Source of the DNA: an uncultured virus (IMG/VR IMGVR_UViG_3300029787_005093) | Taxonomy: Duplodnaviria > Heunggongvirae > Uroviricota > Caudoviricetes | IMG/VR virus record: IMGVR_UViG_3300029787_005093 | Strand: one strand, 5' to 3' | DNA length: 59,152 nt | Shown: positions 57,059-59,152 of the stretch, piece by piece | Numbering within the stretch: the first letter of the stretch is position 1 | Layout: each line of letters begins with the position of its first letter | Position numbers and translations under genes: made by a program | The notes under the pieces: model-generated | Told to the model about the DNA's origin: nothing | The model's database searches: none | The model's input: only the letters and a program-made list of their open reading frames with translations

Positions 57059-57931
57059 TTACTTGTCTAAAATCTTTTCTAATTCTTTTTTTAATTTAGT
57101 TTTAGATTTTAATTTATTTAATAAATCTTCTTTTTCTTGCCCTTTAGCTTTGGAATATTTTTTAGCTAATGATCTCATTTCACGAGATAATAATGCTAAT
57201 TCTTCAGCTGATTTAGCTAAACTTTTATTTTTTCTTATTTCTGAATCAGATGGTTCTTCTATATCTTCTTTTAAGTTTAGTTCTGCCATTATATCTTCTA
57301 CTACATTCATAAAATCGTTCATATCTATATTACCATCTATTAATTGGCTAACATGAATCATCATTTCTTTCTTTAATGAATCTTTTTTAGATCTGCCCAT
57401 TTCCCTTTCAAATAACATATCGTCAGCAGCAATTTGATCCCCCTTTTTGGCTGCATCTTTAATTATTTCAATATGGTTGTCTACATAATCAACATCTGCC
57501 ACAGGAATACCTAAAAGTTGAACATTATCTTTTATTTCTTCAGCAATATACTCTGCTTGAGGTATTATTTGATTCGCATAATTAGAATCTTTTAATGCCT
57601 TTAATTCTCTAATAAAAAGTAAATCATGTAATTTAGCAATTCTTATAACTTCATTTTGTTTTTGAGACATATCACCATAGGCACCATTCATTACTTTATC
57701 CATAAATGCTTTAGCTCCTGGACATACTTTATAATATTTAGTTTTATATCCAAAAACATCAACATTAAATTTATCTACCTGTTCATTAACACCAGCTTCT
57801 TCTTTTTTACTGATAACAGCATCTAATTTTTGGTCAACCACATCTAGTTGGTCCTCTAATTCACCTAGATCTTCAGATAAAGAGGATATAATTTCTTCTC
57901 TAATAAATGATTTTAATTCTGATTTTTTCAT
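57059..57931 (-). CDS. Putative internal head protein
   Basis: MKKSELKSFIREEIISSLSE leader, several (L/V)xE sites, TATTTATA upstream. Confidence 0.45.
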   Translation of the reverse strand: MKKSELKSFIREEIISSLSEDLGELEDQLDVVDQKLDAVISKKEEAGVNEQVDKFNVDVFGYKTKYYKVCPGAKAFMDKVMNGAYGDMSQKQNEVIRIAKLHDLLFIRELKALKDSNYANQIIPQAEYIAEEIKDNVQLLGIPVADVDYVDNHIEIIKDAAKKGDQIAADDMLFEREMGRSKKDSLKKEMMIHVSQLIDGNIDMNDFMNVVEDIMAELNLKEDIEEPSDSEIRKNKSLAKSAEELALLSREMRSLAKKYSKAKGQEKEDLLNKLKSKTKLKKELEKILDK

Positions 57932-57948
57932 TATAATAAGGGTTTTAT

Positions 57949-57956
57949 TATAAATA
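57949..57956 (-). promoter_or_regulatory. Late promoter-like motif TATTTATA
   Basis: Upstream of 57931, the first gene of the late block. Confidence 0.7.
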
Positions 57957-57958
57957 TG

Positions 57959-58489
57959 TTAAAGGCCTGTAATATTCAATATTTGTTGAATACGTTCCTC
58001 TGTAGATCCAGATATTTTTTCTACTTTATCACACATATGACCATATTTTTTAATTAGTGTAGTTATAGTAAAGTCTATTAAATCTCTATAATGTTCATCA
58101 GTCTCACGTACTCCATTATCTTCAATAGGAAGGCCATGAGGAGAAATATAAAAAATATAATCATATTCTCTAATAAATTCTTTCGCATAATTTTCAAAAA
58201 TTTCTTTATCTTGATATCCAATTGATATTGCATTCATAGTAAATGCCATAACATCTATAACAGTTCTATCTGTTATAATATCATTATTCATTAATTCTGC
58301 ACATCTTTCTGCTAAAAATACAGTTTGTCCTTTTAATGTAGAATCAGTATTTAATGGTATTCCTATATCATTTAAATATTTACTTCTTTCAGTTGCAAAA
58401 TTATAAAGTTGAAATTGTGGTAATTTTTTTATAGCATTTACCAATGTTGTTTTACCTACACTCATTGTGCCACATAAACCTATTTTCAT
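57959..58489 (-). CDS. P-loop kinase/ATPase (AAA_28 / NadR-type)
   Basis: GTMSVGKTT, ITDRTVID, EDNGVR. Confidence 0.8.
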   Translation of the reverse strand: MKIGLCGTMSVGKTTLVNAIKKLPQFQLYNFATERSKYLNDIGIPLNTDSTLKGQTVFLAERCAELMNNDIITDRTVIDVMAFTMNAISIGYQDKEIFENYAKEFIREYDYIFYISPHGLPIEDNGVRETDEHYRDLIDFTITTLIKKYGHMCDKVEKISGSTEERIQQILNITGL

Positions 58490-58492
58490 ATT

Positions 58493-58753
58493 TTAATTTC
58501 TATAATCAGTTAATTTAGATTTCATGGATTGATTTTTATAATATGGTAAACCTTCCCTTTGTTTTCTAGCTTCATTCCATTCACCTTTACTCATTTTAAT
58601 ACCATATAAATGATATTCTCCTTTTCTATTATTACCTTCAGGGATCAAAGCAAATCCTTCCCAATTATGTAATTTTCCATCCCAAACATAAGCTATAGTA
58701 CCATCAACTTTTTTTAACTTTTTACTTTGGGGAAACGGTTTTTTATCTTCCAT
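58493..58753 (-). CDS. Hypothetical protein
   Basis: 86 aa; GKLHNWEGFALI...EYHLYG. Confidence 0.6.
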   Translation of the reverse strand: MEDKKPFPQSKKLKKVDGTIAYVWDGKLHNWEGFALIPEGNNRKGEYHLYGIKMSKGEWNEARKQREGLPYYKNQSMKSKLTDYRN

Positions 58754-58766
58754 AATTTATTTTATT

Positions 58767-58797
58767 GTAATATACGAAATTTTATTTAATATTCAAA
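58767..58797 (-). promoter_or_regulatory. Possible Bacteroidota-type promoter
   Basis: Minus strand TTTG-N19-TATATTAC (weaker -7 match). Confidence 0.35.
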
Positions 58798-59152
58798 ATA
58801 TTTTCAGCAACTAATGTACCATGAGCACCTGACACTGAAATTCCTCTAGCTGATAGAGCATCTCCAACAAAATGCACATTAGGATATTTAGTTAACGATA
58901 AATCAGAATAATTAACTAATGGTTCAGGAGCTAAATACTTTACCTCAGGTACATAGATTCCCCAATCATCCTTTAATGTAGGAAATACTAACTTCATATC
59001 ATTAATAAAATCCTCAATGTATTTATAATATCCTTGAAATGCATCTTTAACTACATCTAAATTATCTATTTTAGTTGATGACACATCAACTCCTTCTGAC
59101 GTTGTAGATGGTTCTCTAGTTGGGCTATAAAATAAACCTGTGCTATTTTCTT
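58782..59152 (-). CDS. C-terminus of an FAD-dependent oxidoreductase (starts outside the window)
   Basis: Frame open to the window edge (ENSTGLFYSPTREP...); YVPEVKY, HFVGDALSARGISVSGAHG FAD-binding tail. Confidence 0.7.
   Translation of the reverse strand, partial: ENSTGLFYSPTREPSTTSEGVDVSSTKIDNLDVVKDAFQGYYKYIEDFINDMKLVFPTLKDDWGIYVPEVKYLAPEPLVNYSDLSLTKYPNVHFVGDALSARGISVSGAHGTLVAENILNIK

Noticed and set aside
1..59152. Stop-codon reassignment
   Set aside because: Standard-code ORFs tile the window densely and conserved proteins appear full length
1..59152. tRNA genes or CRISPR arrays
   Set aside because: Intergenic gaps are at most ~125 bp and show no cloverleaf or repeat-spacer pattern

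Overview
Fragment of an AT-rich, large tailed-phage (myovirus) genome with T4-superfamily morphogenesis genes. Essentially all real genes are on the minus strand, many coupled by overlapping stop/start codons. Order in the direction of transcription (right to left): FAD oxidoreductase C-terminus, P-loop kinase, putative internal head protein, overlapping spanin-like pair, large terminase, portal, two head-associated proteins, scaffold, major capsid protein, neck/tail-terminator genes, small fibre-like genes, then a ~32 kb block of ~37 glycan synthesis/modification and associated genes, then tail sheath, tube, chaperone/hub, tape measure and baseplate genes. The glycan block includes NeuB and NeuA homologues, a UDP-sugar dehydrogenase, three further nucleotidyltransferases, two GT7 enzymes with inserted LamG-like domains, several other glycosyltransferases, two sulfotransferases, six SGNH-like proteins, two radical SAM enzymes and methyltransferases. 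Best leads: (1) a phage-encoded complex glycan pathway inside the virion operon, possibly for virion glycosylation; (2) a U7 +1/-2 frameshift joining the two ORFs upstream of the tape measure gene; (3) a late-promoter motif TATTTATA, the exact reverse complement of the T4 late promoter; (4) structured 5' leaders before the S74 mini-fibre and scaffold genes. Promoter and signal-peptide features suggest a Bacteroidota host. All assignments come from motif recognition by eye; no database searches were run.
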